From NCBI GenBank assembly GCA_002724585.1, contig PBPE01000040.1:20857-64487 (forward strand): a stretch of DNA of 43,631 nt. The letters are read 5' to 3'. This document shows, piece by piece, positions 43,631 through 43,631 of this stretch. The notes beneath the pieces are model-generated. The model had not been told where the DNA came from. It ran no database searches and was given only the letters and a program-made list of their open reading frames with translations. Position 1 is the first letter of the stretch; each line of letters begins with the position of its first letter. The position numbers were made by a program, and so were the translations under genes. Source of the stretch: Dehalococcoidia bacterium. GTDB taxonomy: Bacteria > Chloroflexota > Dehalococcoidia > Lucifugimonadales > UBA3495.

Positions 43631-43631
43631 C

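Overview
A gene-dense, moderately AT-rich bacterial chromosomal segment. It most resembles a SAR202-type Dehalococcoidia (Chloroflexota) genome; this is inferred from the multiple luciferase-like monooxygenases, paired family III CoA-transferases, a DUF1800/DUF1501/NHL cassette and a small Zn-ribbon protein. The left third holds catabolic genes: a KDA-dehydratase-like aldolase, a Zn-ADH, an amidohydrolase, a CmoO/CmoJ-like monooxygenase pair and a hotdog/CoA-transferase/MFS/PanE-like operon. The middle holds a YccU-like CoA-binding gene whose TGA sits at the conserved Cys position and is followed by a SECIS-like hairpin (candidate selenoprotein). It also has a DUF1800-DUF1501-NHL operon with a PerR-box-like site and a downstream PerR-like gene, recF, mscS, tRNA-Ile(GAT), a cyclase, an HNH protein, GGT and a HesB/IscA protein with a (Gly4-Cys-Gly-Cys)n tail. 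The standout is a ~10.5 kb minus-strand block (29.2-39.8 kb) that looks like a light-response module: photolyase, a DICT-USP fusion, TIGR01777/SRPBCC, DUF2867-SDR, an atypical SDR, an FAD oxidoreductase and small proteins. It is headed by a CarH-type cobalamin-binding protein that carries a C-terminal XRE helix-turn-helix instead of the canonical N-terminal MerR domain. A near-identical palindrome (TATAGAA-N4-TTCTACAT) lies upstream of both the regulator and the block. No rRNA, CRISPR array, integrase or transposase was seen. All family calls come from motif recognition by eye; no database search was run.
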